Shown in pieces: positions 39,612-49,394 of a stretch of DNA of 64,000 bases. The position numbers and the translations under genes are program-made. The notes beneath the pieces were generated by a model. The model was given only the letters and a program-made list of their open reading frames with translations. It searched no databases and had not been told where the DNA came from. The DNA comes from Promethearchaeota archaeon. Lineage in GTDB: Archaea; Asgardarchaeota; Lokiarchaeia; Sigyniarchaeales; SOKP01. Location of the stretch: positions 19,442 to 83,441 of the forward strand of contig JBHLOC010000022.1 of assembly GCA_048940925.1 (NCBI GenBank), written 5' to 3'. The number at the start of each line of letters is the position of its first letter. Position 1 is the first letter of the stretch.

Positions 39612-40475
39612 CTATTTATTATGTTTAATGAAAGTACCGTTTTGATATTCTCTAAAAGCAAGGCTTAACTCTTCTTCCGTATTCATTACTATCGGTCCTC
39701 GCCAAGCAACTGGTTCTCTAATTGGTCTTCCTGAAATTAATAGGAATCGAACAGATTTATCATTTGTGCTAATAAGAACTTCATCGCCATCATCAAAGAT
39801 AACAAGATTCTCTTTACTAATTAATTTTGCATAACTTTGATCAAAAAATCCTTCTCCTTCTATAACATAAGCGAAAACATTATGTCCTCTTCTGATTTTA
39901 TGTCGAAATTCTGATTGAGGAGCAATCTCAATATCCAAATATTCAGGATCAGTTATTATATCTTGAACAGGTCCTTTTATACTATTAATTTCACCACTAA
40001 TGATTTTAACTTTAACGGTATTATTATTCAATTTTACTTCGGGAATTTGCTCTTTTTTTATATCACGATATCGAGGATTCATCATTTTATGGGATGAAGG
40101 TAAATTTGCCCATAATTGAAAGCCCCATAGAAGTGTGTCTTGTTTATCACTTTTCGGCATTTCTTGATGGATAATACCACTACCAGCAGTCATCCATTGA
40201 ATATCACCTTGTTGAATAACACCACCATTTCCCAAACTATCACCATGTTCAACTTTACCATGTAAAATATAAGTAATAGTTTCTATTCCCCGATGAGGGT
40301 GCCATGGAAACCCTGCTATATAGTCATTGGGATTATCTGAATGAAAATCATCAAGAAGTAAAAAGGGATCAAGAGATTCATCAGCATAACCAAATGCGCG
40401 CTTTAACCGAACACCAGCACCTTCAAAGGTGGGTCTACTTTTTAAGTGTAGCTTTATCTTTCGAACTTCATTCAT
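39612..40475 (-). CDS. pirin family protein
   Basis: DPFLLLD, GFPWHPHRGIETITY, QWMTAGSGIIHQE, GPIVMNT. Confidence 0.95.
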   Translation of the reverse strand: MNEVRKIKLHLKSRPTFEGAGVRLKRAFGYADESLDPFLLLDDFHSDNPNDYIAGFPWHPHRGIETITYILHGKVEHGDSLGNGGVIQQGDIQWMTAGSGIIHQEMPKSDKQDTLLWGFQLWANLPSSHKMMNPRYRDIKKEQIPEVKLNNNTVKVKIISGEINSIKGPVQDIITDPEYLDIEIAPQSEFRHKIRRGHNVFAYVIEGEGFFDQSYAKLISKENLVIFDDGDEVLISTNDKSVRFLLISGRPIREPVAWRGPIVMNTEEELSLAFREYQNGTFIKHNK

Positions 40476-40767
40476 TTAAATCACATAGAATTTTCAAAAG
40501 AAAGTTTTTAATTTATATAAATTCAATCTTAAAATATCAAGAACTTTAAAAATTGAAAGGAAACTTAAGTTTATTCTTTATGATAAATAAATTTTTTATA
40601 TTTCTGCTTATTAAAATGAAGAGTAAAACTTGGATTATAACTGTTTAATAATTCGACTTATTTTATTATCAAAATTATAATATGTTATGATAAATATAAA
40701 TTGATTATTCTAACCTCAATAACCTAAAATATTTGTTAAAGCAACAGTAAAATTTTTGAATTAGTAT

Positions 40768-40944
40768 ACAAAAGATAAGATATTATATTGTGCGCTTTCT
40801 AGATGTATTGATAGTGCTACTACATATCTCTTGCTTAAAGAAGAGAGAGTAAAGACTTTCCCTGTTTTTATTGATCTTGATCTCATGAGAATTAAACTAA
40901 ATATATTTATTATGATATTACTCCCAAACTCTCTGTCACTATAG
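40768..40944 (+). pseudogene. possible relic of a PP-loop ATPase (ThiI/QueC-like)
   Basis: KILYCALSRCIDSATTYLLLKEERVKTFPVFID resembles LSGGIDS....LL...G..V.PV; no start codon. Confidence 0.4.
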
Positions 40945-40997
40945 AATATGTATAAGACCTCTTTTAAAAATATTTGATCCACTATTTTAATTTTATT

Positions 40998-42635
40998 TTA
41001 TATTTTCTTTCTATGTACTGCCTTTATATTAGATACGATGAGTTTTTCTTTCCAAAATGAGAAAAGATGAGAGAATTTTTTGAAAAGCTTGGGTTGAGCC
41101 ACATTATTTTTAGCATATTTGATATTCTTTATATCTAATCGCTGAAGAATGTATTTTAATCTCTGCTGAAAGGAAGTAAAATTTTTTTTACTTTTTGGAG
41201 ACCATCCTGTTTCGGCAAATGCTATAAGACGTGGAAAAGTTTGAAATTCTAAGATTTTTGTATTTGGAACTAATTCTCCCCACATACATGCTTCCAATCC
41301 TAATACCTGAGATTGATATTCTTCTTTCAATTTTTTTACCATCGGTTCATAATTATAAGCTTTTTTCAAGGATGTGAAAATATAAGGACGATCCAGATAC
41401 ACATACTCGTAATTAGACATAACTACTTTCCTACTTTGAATTTTTTCAATATGAATTTTCATAGAACTAGGGAACCAAAATTGGCAGATTATATTTTTAT
41501 CTAAGCCGTCTTCAATGATATCATTCCAGACGATTACTTTACGTTTATTAGATGCTAAAAATGAGGTGACTCTATTTGTAAAATATATTTGTAATTCTTT
41601 CTCATCTTTAAGTACTTCAGATTCAATCCTTAATTGGCACTCTGGACAATTTTCCCATCGTGTTTTAAGAACTTCATCTCCTCCAATATGTATTATCTTT
41701 GAAGGAAATAAATCCATTATTTCATTTAAAACATCTTGAGCAAATTCGAAGACTTCCTCTTTTCCTATACAAAAAACATCTTTATGAATACCCCAATGTG
41801 GAGATACTTTAAAATCATATCCTTTACAACTTAGATTTGGATATGATGCTAAAGCAGCTCTCGTATGGCCAGGCATATCTATTTCAGGCATTATCGTTAT
41901 GAATCGTTCCTTTGCATAAATAATAATCTCCTGAATATCTTCTTTTGAATAATATCCTAGATGAGGAATTCCATCTTTTTTTTTGCTAAAATAACCTCCA
42001 ATCTGAGATTCTTCTCGTTTTGATCCAATTTCAGTGAGTTTAGGATACTTTTTTATCTCAATTCTCCAACCTTGATCATCTGTCAAATGCCAGTGAAATG
42101 TATTCATTTTAAAGAGAGCCATTAAATCTAATAGTTGTTTAACTTCATCTTTTCCATAAAAATATCTTGCTTCATCTAGCATATACCCCCGCCAAGAAAA
42201 TCTAGGAAAATCTTCAACATCTAAGCAGGGAATTTTCCATTCTACATTTTCGATAATATTATCACTTTCAATTTCAGGAGGAAATAGTTGGCGAATAGTC
42301 TGAATACCATAAAATATACCATTAGGAGTTGTTGCTGAGATATTTATATTCTTAGGAGTAATTGATAGGAAATATTTTTCAAAATTGTGTTTGTTTTTGT
42401 CTTCTAATAACTGAAGATTTATTGATTTTTCATTAAAAGCAGTTATCTCATTAAGCTCCTTAAATTTTAAATTAAATCCTGTAGATGGTAATATTAGATT
42501 TTTTAAATACTCACCAATATTCAATAAATTTTTCCTTGTAAGAATTATTGTATTGTCAGTTAGGACAAATTTACCATTAGATATTTTTGTCTTTACTGGT
42601 TTTGGTATGATGTTAATATTTTGAATAAATATCAC
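40998..42635 (-). CDS. beta-N-acetylhexosaminidase (GH20)
   Basis: DFPRFSWRGYMLD, HWHLTDDQGWR, EIDMPGH, HIGGDE, WGE; no signal peptide. Confidence 0.93.
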   Translation of the reverse strand: MIFIQNINIIPKPVKTKISNGKFVLTDNTIILTRKNLLNIGEYLKNLILPSTGFNLKFKELNEITAFNEKSINLQLLEDKNKHNFEKYFLSITPKNINISATTPNGIFYGIQTIRQLFPPEIESDNIIENVEWKIPCLDVEDFPRFSWRGYMLDEARYFYGKDEVKQLLDLMALFKMNTFHWHLTDDQGWRIEIKKYPKLTEIGSKREESQIGGYFSKKKDGIPHLGYYSKEDIQEIIIYAKERFITIMPEIDMPGHTRAALASYPNLSCKGYDFKVSPHWGIHKDVFCIGKEEVFEFAQDVLNEIMDLFPSKIIHIGGDEVLKTRWENCPECQLRIESEVLKDEKELQIYFTNRVTSFLASNKRKVIVWNDIIEDGLDKNIICQFWFPSSMKIHIEKIQSRKVVMSNYEYVYLDRPYIFTSLKKAYNYEPMVKKLKEEYQSQVLGLEACMWGELVPNTKILEFQTFPRLIAFAETGWSPKSKKNFTSFQQRLKYILQRLDIKNIKYAKNNVAQPKLFKKFSHLFSFWKEKLIVSNIKAVHRKKI

Positions 42636-42729
42636 TATATTTCCTTTAATTAAACCTTTTAAAATATAAATTAAATATAATATTAAAATTAATTAGAATA
42701 GGAACGTCAAACAAATATATGACCATTTT

Positions 42730-44664
42730 GTGAATAAAATGAAATTGCACATTAAAAATGAATGGTTCATTGATGAAGAAGGACGTAGGTTATTGCTGCG
42801 AGGAGTAAATCTAGGAGGAAGCTCGAAAGTCCCCTTTAAACCCAATGGAGCAACCCATATTAAAACAGATTTTACTGATCATAGAGATATTTCTTTTGTT
42901 GGTCGTCCATTTCCTTTAAAAGAAGCAAGTGACCATTTTAACCGACTAAAGCATTGGGGTTTTAATTGTTTAAGATTTTTAGTTACTTGGGAGGCTATTG
43001 AACATAAAGGTCCAAAAATATATGATAAAGAATATTTAGATTATCTGGAAGAGTTATTAAAAATTGTTGAAAGTTATAAATTTTATACTTTTATTAATCC
43101 CCATCAAGATGTTTGGAGCAGGATGTCTGGAGGGGATGGTGCTCCTGGTTGGACGTTTGAAAAAGTTGGTTTAGACTTTAGTAAGTTCGATGAGGCTGAA
43201 GCAGCTTTTGTAATGCAATATAGATATAAACCTGAAGATGTTAATTCATATCCTCATCTTCATTGGATTTCTAATTCTCTTAGATTTGCTAATGGAACAA
43301 TGTGGACTTTATTTTTTGGAGGGAATGATTTTGCACCTATTTGTAAAGTTAATGGAATCAATGCACGAGACTATCTTCAGAATCATTATTTCAATGCTAT
43401 AAAGCAAGTAGCTATAAGGGTGAAAGATAATCCTTTTATTATTGGATTTGATACTTTAAATGAACCATATCAAGGGTGGATTGAATATTTAGTTGATGGA
43501 AGTGACATTGAAGGTTTTTCAGAAGCTTTAGGTTATGCCTTTAAACCAATAGATGCAATGTTGACTGGAGCAGGCTATACAAGAATAGTTCCATATAGGG
43601 AAATCAAACGATTTGGGATTAAAATAACAAGAGAAGATAAAATGAATGAAAAGGGAATTTCATGTTGGTTGGATGGTTACGAGGATATCTGGAAAAAAGT
43701 GGGAGTATGGGGCATAAATGATAATAATGAACCAGTCATTCTGAAAAATGATTATTTTAAAAAAAAAGATGGTAAAAAAGTTGACTTTTTCAAAGACTAT
43801 CTAACACCATTTATTAAAGATTATTCAAATATCATAAGGGATATAATACCTGAAGCTATTATCTTTTTTGAAGGTCCAGCGGAGAAATTAATGAAGTCAG
43901 AAGAATTAGTTTTTGATGTTCCAAAAAATGTAGTACATGCAGGGCATTGGTATGATGAGGCTACAATGGGTACAAAAAGACCAATGATAAAAGCAAATTT
44001 TGATACTTATACGAATAAACCAGTTATTGGGAAGAAAAATGTTAGAAAGATGTTTATAAGACAGTTAGGGATTATTAAAAATATCTCAAACAAGATTCAA
44101 GGGAAGATTCCTACGTTAATTGGTGAATTTGGATTACCTTTTAATCTTAATAATAAGGAGGGATATCATAAGTTCAAAACAAACCCTGAAATAGCTTGGG
44201 AAAATCATATTCAGTTGCTTACCATGTATTATGACGCTCTAGATGCTAATTTGTTACATTCTACTCAATGGAATTATACTGCTGACAATAACAATGATTG
44301 GGGGGATCAATGGAATCTAGAAGATTTATCAATTTTTAGTAAAGATCAACAACTTGATCAAAATGATATTAATAGTGGTGGGAGAGCAATTAAAGGATTT
44401 TGTCGCCCTCATTATATATGTTGTTCTGGAACTCCCTTAAAAATGCAGTTTAATTATAAAGAAGACGAATTCTATTTTGAATTCGATGCAGATCTCAAGT
44501 TAGATGTTCCCACGATTATTTATATTCCTAAGATCCAATTTCCTAAAGGTTATAAAATTGAAGTTTCTAAAGGAGATATTAAGGAGAATGAAGATGAGCA
44601 ATTAGTATACATTAATATAAAGAATGATGGGATTAATTTTGTTAAAATAACGAAACTCCAATAA
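42730..44664 (+). CDS. GH5 endoglycoceramidase/glucocerebrosidase-like glycosidase
   Basis: LRGVNLGGSSK, TWEAIEH, HQDVWSR..GGDGAP, NEP acid/base, GEFG nucleophile, WNYT, GDQWN.EDLS. Confidence 0.87.
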   Translation: MNKMKLHIKNEWFIDEEGRRLLLRGVNLGGSSKVPFKPNGATHIKTDFTDHRDISFVGRPFPLKEASDHFNRLKHWGFNCLRFLVTWEAIEHKGPKIYDKEYLDYLEELLKIVESYKFYTFINPHQDVWSRMSGGDGAPGWTFEKVGLDFSKFDEAEAAFVMQYRYKPEDVNSYPHLHWISNSLRFANGTMWTLFFGGNDFAPICKVNGINARDYLQNHYFNAIKQVAIRVKDNPFIIGFDTLNEPYQGWIEYLVDGSDIEGFSEALGYAFKPIDAMLTGAGYTRIVPYREIKRFGIKITREDKMNEKGISCWLDGYEDIWKKVGVWGINDNNEPVILKNDYFKKKDGKKVDFFKDYLTPFIKDYSNIIRDIIPEAIIFFEGPAEKLMKSEELVFDVPKNVVHAGHWYDEATMGTKRPMIKANFDTYTNKPVIGKKNVRKMFIRQLGIIKNISNKIQGKIPTLIGEFGLPFNLNNKEGYHKFKTNPEIAWENHIQLLTMYYDALDANLLHSTQWNYTADNNNDWGDQWNLEDLSIFSKDQQLDQNDINSGGRAIKGFCRPHYICCSGTPLKMQFNYKEDEFYFEFDADLKLDVPTIIYIPKIQFPKGYKIEVSKGDIKENEDEQLVYINIKNDGINFVKITKLQ

Positions 44665-44807
44665 ATTGCTTTTTATAAATCAAATTCTTCATATTGAAGT
44701 ATAAATTTAAATAGAAAGTTTAAATATTTCAAGATATCATAAGACTATATGAGCATTTAATAAAAACCCATTAATTGCAATCTCATTTCAAGAAGGGAGT
44801 AAAACTT

Positions 44808-45845
44808 ATGATTGAAAAAGTGATTACCTTTGGAGAAATCATGCTAAGACTTTCACCACCTAATTTTAAGCGTTTTACCCAAACACATTCTTTTGAGGTA
44901 ATTTATGGTGGTGGAGAGGCAAATGTTGCTGTTTCTCTTGCTAATTATGGAATCCCTGTTGATTATATTACTAAATTACCGAATAATGAAATCGGTGATG
45001 CCTGTATCCAATTCCTTAGACAATTTGGTGTGAATACAGATAATATTATAAGAGGTGGGAATAGAATTGGAATTTATTTCCTTGAAATGGGATCCTCTAT
45101 TCGACCAAGTAAAGTTGTTTACGATAGAGCGCATTCTGCCATTTCAGAAGCAAATCCTAAAGATTTTGACTGGAATAAGATATTTAAGGGGGCATCATGG
45201 TTTCACTGGACAGGTATTACACCAGCGATTTCACAAAATCTAGCAAACATTTGTCTTGAAGCTCTAAAGGTAGCGAGAGAGAAAAATATCATAATTTCAT
45301 GTGATCTTAATTATCGTAGTAAATTATGGAATTATGGAAAAACTCCGAATGAAGTTATGTCTGAATTACTCAAATATTGTGATGTTGCTATAGGAAATGA
45401 AGAAGATGCTGAAAAGGTTTTAAAGATCAAGGCACCAGATACTGATGTGACTTTAGGAGAAATTACTGCTGAAAATTATAGATTTGTTGTTGAAGAAATA
45501 ATGAAAAAATATCCAAATCTTAAAAAAATTGCAATTACTCTAAGAGAATCGATCTCTGCTAGCCATAATAAATGGTCAGCGATTTTATATGATGGAAATC
45601 ATATGTATATTAGTCCTCAATATGAGATTTCGCCAATTGTAGATAGAGTAGGTGGAGGTGACTCTTTTATGGGAGGTTTAATTTATGGATTACTCACATA
45701 TAAAGATAAGCTTCAGCAAGCGCTGAATTTTGCTGTCGCAGCATCCTGTTTAAAACATACTATAGTAGGTGATTTTAATTTGGTTTCTGTAGAAGAAGTT
45801 CTTAAATTAATGGGTGGAGATACTTCTGGACGTGTATCAAGATAA
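44808..45845 (+). CDS. kdgK: 2-dehydro-3-deoxygluconokinase (PfkB family)
   Basis: FGEIMLRLS, GGGEANVA, YDRAHS, DLNYR.KLW, DRVGGGDSF; ATG 44808 follows a GGAG SD. Confidence 0.88.
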   Translation: MIEKVITFGEIMLRLSPPNFKRFTQTHSFEVIYGGGEANVAVSLANYGIPVDYITKLPNNEIGDACIQFLRQFGVNTDNIIRGGNRIGIYFLEMGSSIRPSKVVYDRAHSAISEANPKDFDWNKIFKGASWFHWTGITPAISQNLANICLEALKVAREKNIIISCDLNYRSKLWNYGKTPNEVMSELLKYCDVAIGNEEDAEKVLKIKAPDTDVTLGEITAENYRFVVEEIMKKYPNLKKIAITLRESISASHNKWSAILYDGNHMYISPQYEISPIVDRVGGGDSFMGGLIYGLLTYKDKLQQALNFAVAASCLKHTIVGDFNLVSVEEVLKLMGGDTSGRVSR

Positions 45846-45870
45846 TTAATTCAAGAAGAGGTAAATAATA

Positions 45871-46674
45871 ATGAATAAAAATCAGAAAGTAATTATTACT
45901 GCGACTATTGCAAATTCTTGGATTTATCCTGAGGTTAAGAACTGGGCTCAAACAACTGATCAAATAATTGATGATGCAGTATCATCTTATGAAGCTGGTG
46001 CTGCAGTTGTTCATGTACATCTCCCCAGAAAAGAGGAAATTCAAATAGTAAAGCAAATTCGAGAAAAATGTGATATTATTATTCAGGCTGGTATGTCAAG
46101 TGAATCAATTCCTCAGAGAAAAGGCGATTTCGAAGCTAAACCTGAGATGATGTCAGTAATGTTAACCCATCACGCCGAACATTTTACTCAGACAAAAGTA
46201 GATGTTTTACATCCTTTAGATGAATTAGAAGAGTATTGTAAAAAATGTAAAGAACATAATATAAGACCAGAGTGGGAAGTTTGGCATAATGGTTCATTTT
46301 GGAATTTAAACTATTTAATTGATAAAGGTTTATTAGATTGGTCAAAACCACACATTTTAACCTTATTTTTTAATTGGCCAGGTGGAACTTGGTCACCACC
46401 TAATTATGATGAATATATGCATAGAAGGAGATATATTCCTCCAAATAGTGTTCATACAGTTAGTGTGATGGGTGAAGAACAAATGAAATTACTAGTTTTT
46501 GTTCTAACACATGGAGGAAATATAAGAATTGGTTCTGAAGATTATCCCTTTATCAAAAAAGGAGTACCTGCTAAAAATAATGCTGAGATTATAGCAAATT
46601 ATATAAGTATTTGTAAACACCTTGAACGTGAAGTTGCTGATCCATCTGAAGCTAGGAAAATTTTGAATCTATAA
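45871..46674 (+). CDS. beta-keto acid cleavage enzyme (BKACE/DUF849)
   Basis: YEAGAAVVHVH, PEWE, GGNIRIGSED, N.E and REVA.P.EAR.IL motifs. Confidence 0.85.
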   Translation: MNKNQKVIITATIANSWIYPEVKNWAQTTDQIIDDAVSSYEAGAAVVHVHLPRKEEIQIVKQIREKCDIIIQAGMSSESIPQRKGDFEAKPEMMSVMLTHHAEHFTQTKVDVLHPLDELEEYCKKCKEHNIRPEWEVWHNGSFWNLNYLIDKGLLDWSKPHILTLFFNWPGGTWSPPNYDEYMHRRRYIPPNSVHTVSVMGEEQMKLLVFVLTHGGNIRIGSEDYPFIKKGVPAKNNAEIIANYISICKHLEREVADPSEARKILNL

Positions 46675-46692
46675 TAATATGAGGTAGAAGAA

Positions 46693-47442
46693 ATGAAATT
46701 AAAAGATAAGGTATCAATAATTACTGGTGCAGGTGCTGGAATTGGTGAGGCAACCGCGAAATTATTTGCAAAAGAAGGATCAAAAGTGTGTTGTAATTCT
46801 ATTTCTAAATCTGCTAACAAGGTTGTTGAAGAAATTCAATCTAAAGGTGAAGAAGCAATTTTTGTCCAGGCAGATGTTGCCGTAGAAAATGATGCTCAAA
46901 GAATTATTGATAAAACTATAAAAGCTTTTGGAAAAATTGATATTCTCTTCAATAATGCTGGTATAGTTCTAGGCGGAACACTTGATGAAATGTATACAGA
47001 AGATTGGGATCGACTTATGGCTATTAATGTTAGAGGTGTATATTTAGTATCTAAGTATGCTATCCCTTATTTGAAAAAATCTAAAGGAGTTATCATTAAT
47101 AATTCTTCTTCTGTTGCATTCAGAGGAGTTAAGAATAGAGCAGCATATACTGCGTCTAAAGGAGCGATTCTTTCAATGACGAGAGCAATGGCTATGGATT
47201 ACTTAGAAGATAATATTAGAGTTAATGTGATTTGTCCTGGAACAACGGATACTCCCTCTTTAGCTGAAAGAATCAAAATTAAAGGAGGGGATTATGAAAA
47301 AGTAAGACAAGAATATATTTCTAGGCAAAGGATAGGAAGATTAGGAAAACCTGAAGAAATAGCTGATGGAGTATTATTTCTTGTTTTAAATGAATTTTGC
47401 ACCGGTGTAAGCCTTTTAGTTGATGGCGGTATGACTATGTAG
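46693..47442 (+). CDS. SDR oxidoreductase
   Basis: TGAGAGIG, NNAG, YTASK, ICPGTTDTPSL. Confidence 0.92.
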   Translation: MKLKDKVSIITGAGAGIGEATAKLFAKEGSKVCCNSISKSANKVVEEIQSKGEEAIFVQADVAVENDAQRIIDKTIKAFGKIDILFNNAGIVLGGTLDEMYTEDWDRLMAINVRGVYLVSKYAIPYLKKSKGVIINNSSSVAFRGVKNRAAYTASKGAILSMTRAMAMDYLEDNIRVNVICPGTTDTPSLAERIKIKGGDYEKVRQEYISRQRIGRLGKPEEIADGVLFLVLNEFCTGVSLLVDGGMTM

Positions 47443-47492
47443 ATAATAAATCAGAAATAATAATAAAAATTCAAATTTAATAGGATATTGTT

Positions 47493-48635
47493 ATGGATAT
47501 TGTAAAATTTGGGATAGTAGGTTGTGGAAATGCCAGTAATTATCATATATTAGGGAATAAAAAAGATCCTAATCCAAAGATTAAGTTTATAGCTGCTTAT
47601 GATATAAATGAAAAAAATTTGCTGCGTGTCTCTAAGAGAAATAAACTTAAACCCTATTCTGATTTAGATAAATTTCTCCAAAGTGATATTGATGCTGTAT
47701 TATTATTAGTTCCACATTATTTACATGCTGATTTAACAATAAAAGCTGCGGAAGCAGGTAAACACGTATTATGTGAAAAACCTATGGCTTGTACTCTTGA
47801 AGATTGTGATAGAATGATTGTGGCAACTAAAAGAGCAGGAATAAAGTTCATGATTGCAGAAAATCACAGATTCTTGCCAGTCCACCAATATATAAAAACA
47901 CTACTTGATAAGGATTTTATAGGAGATATATTCTTAGCCAGAACATATGAAGGTGCTTATTGTGATCCTCGAGAATTTCTGAATTCTAACTGGTGGAATT
48001 TTACCTTTGATAAAGGAGGGGGAGGTGTTGTCATGGATCAAGGGGTTCATAAGTTTGCCATGTTAAATTGGTTTTTAGGTAAGGTAGATTCTGCTCAATG
48101 TTGGTGTGTTAAAACACTCAATAGTCCACCAAATAAAGGAGAGGATACAGCAATAATATTATTGCATTACAAATCAGGAGCGATAGCAAGTATCTCTTTA
48201 TCTTCTACGACTGTTCATCCTTTAAATAATAGTACGGAATTACAAGGGACGAGAGGTACAATTTATGAAGATCATTCATGGGAACATCCTCTTAAAATAT
48301 TATCATCGCATCCCGAGGCAGAAAAAAAAGGTGAATTCTATTATCCCTCTAAATTTATTGAGCATGGTGCATATCCTCAATACTATACAATATCTGCTAG
48401 ATATGAGGATAATTATTTTGCTGAATGCATTTTAAATGATAAAGATCCAGAATTTACTCCTGAACAAGCTAAAGAAGCAGTGGCGGTTACACTTCTTTCA
48501 TATCTTTCTGCTAAGAAAGGAACGAGTGCTACTATGGACGAACTTATAAAAGTTGTAAAAAGTAAAGGTACAGAATATATTTTAAAAGATTTTTTGTTAG
48601 TAATTCAAAATAATTATAAGAATTTAAATTGGTAA
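47493..48635 (+). CDS. Gfo/Idh/MocA family oxidoreductase
   Basis: GIVGCG, HVLCEKPMA, GGGVVMDQGVH. Confidence 0.92.
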   Translation: MDIVKFGIVGCGNASNYHILGNKKDPNPKIKFIAAYDINEKNLLRVSKRNKLKPYSDLDKFLQSDIDAVLLLVPHYLHADLTIKAAEAGKHVLCEKPMACTLEDCDRMIVATKRAGIKFMIAENHRFLPVHQYIKTLLDKDFIGDIFLARTYEGAYCDPREFLNSNWWNFTFDKGGGGVVMDQGVHKFAMLNWFLGKVDSAQCWCVKTLNSPPNKGEDTAIILLHYKSGAIASISLSSTTVHPLNNSTELQGTRGTIYEDHSWEHPLKILSSHPEAEKKGEFYYPSKFIEHGAYPQYYTISARYEDNYFAECILNDKDPEFTPEQAKEAVAVTLLSYLSAKKGTSATMDELIKVVKSKGTEYILKDFLLVIQNNYKNLNW

Positions 48636-48668
48636 AAGTCTAATACTAATATTAAATGGTGATTAAAT

Positions 48669-49358
48669 TTGGCAAAACATATTGGTATTGTTGCTTGTAG
48701 TGCAGAAGGTGCTGCTCTTTGTTATAAAACAATTTGTATAGAAGCTCAAGAAAAAATGTTTAAATTTTGGCATCCTGAGATTACTATGCACACACCTGCT
48801 CTTTCTGATTATATGCAGCATATCTGGAATGGAGATTGGCAAAAAGTAGCGGAATTAATGCTTAATTCAACAAAAATCGTAGCAAATGCAGGAGCAGATT
48901 TTGCTATATGCCCCGATAATACAATACACCAAGCTTTTGATTTAATGATATCCAAATCGCCTATTCCCTGGCTACATATTGCTGAAGTTGTTGGGAAAGA
49001 AGCAAGACAAAATAGATTTAAACATCTAGGAATATTAGGTACAAAATATCTTATGAATTCACCAGTTTATCCAAATTCTCTAAAAAAATATAATATTACT
49101 AGTGAAATCCCTAATGAGAATGATCAAGAAAATATTGATAAAATTATTTTTGAAGAACTTGTGAATGGTGTCTTTACTGAGAAATCAAGACTATATTTTA
49201 ATAAGGTAGTTCAAAAACTTAAGAGTAATGGATGTGATGCTGTTATTCTTGGATGTACAGAAATTCCTTTACTCATAGATCCAAATGAGTGTCCTTTACC
49301 TACTTTAGATTCTACTAGATTACTCGCAAGAGCTGCAATAATGAAAGCTCTTGAGTAA
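48669..49358 (+). CDS. aspartate/glutamate racemase family protein
   Basis: CPDNTIH, LGILGT, ILGCTEIP, LDST; TTG start after GGTGA. Confidence 0.88.
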   Translation: MAKHIGIVACSAEGAALCYKTICIEAQEKMFKFWHPEITMHTPALSDYMQHIWNGDWQKVAELMLNSTKIVANAGADFAICPDNTIHQAFDLMISKSPIPWLHIAEVVGKEARQNRFKHLGILGTKYLMNSPVYPNSLKKYNITSEIPNENDQENIDKIIFEELVNGVFTEKSRLYFNKVVQKLKSNGCDAVILGCTEIPLLIDPNECPLPTLDSTRLLARAAIMKALE

Positions 49359-49394
49359 TTTACAACATCAATAGATGGATGTAAGTATAAGATG

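Noticed and set aside
40761-40982. 73-aa minus-strand ORF
   Set aside because: Better explained as antisense to the PP-loop-like relic.
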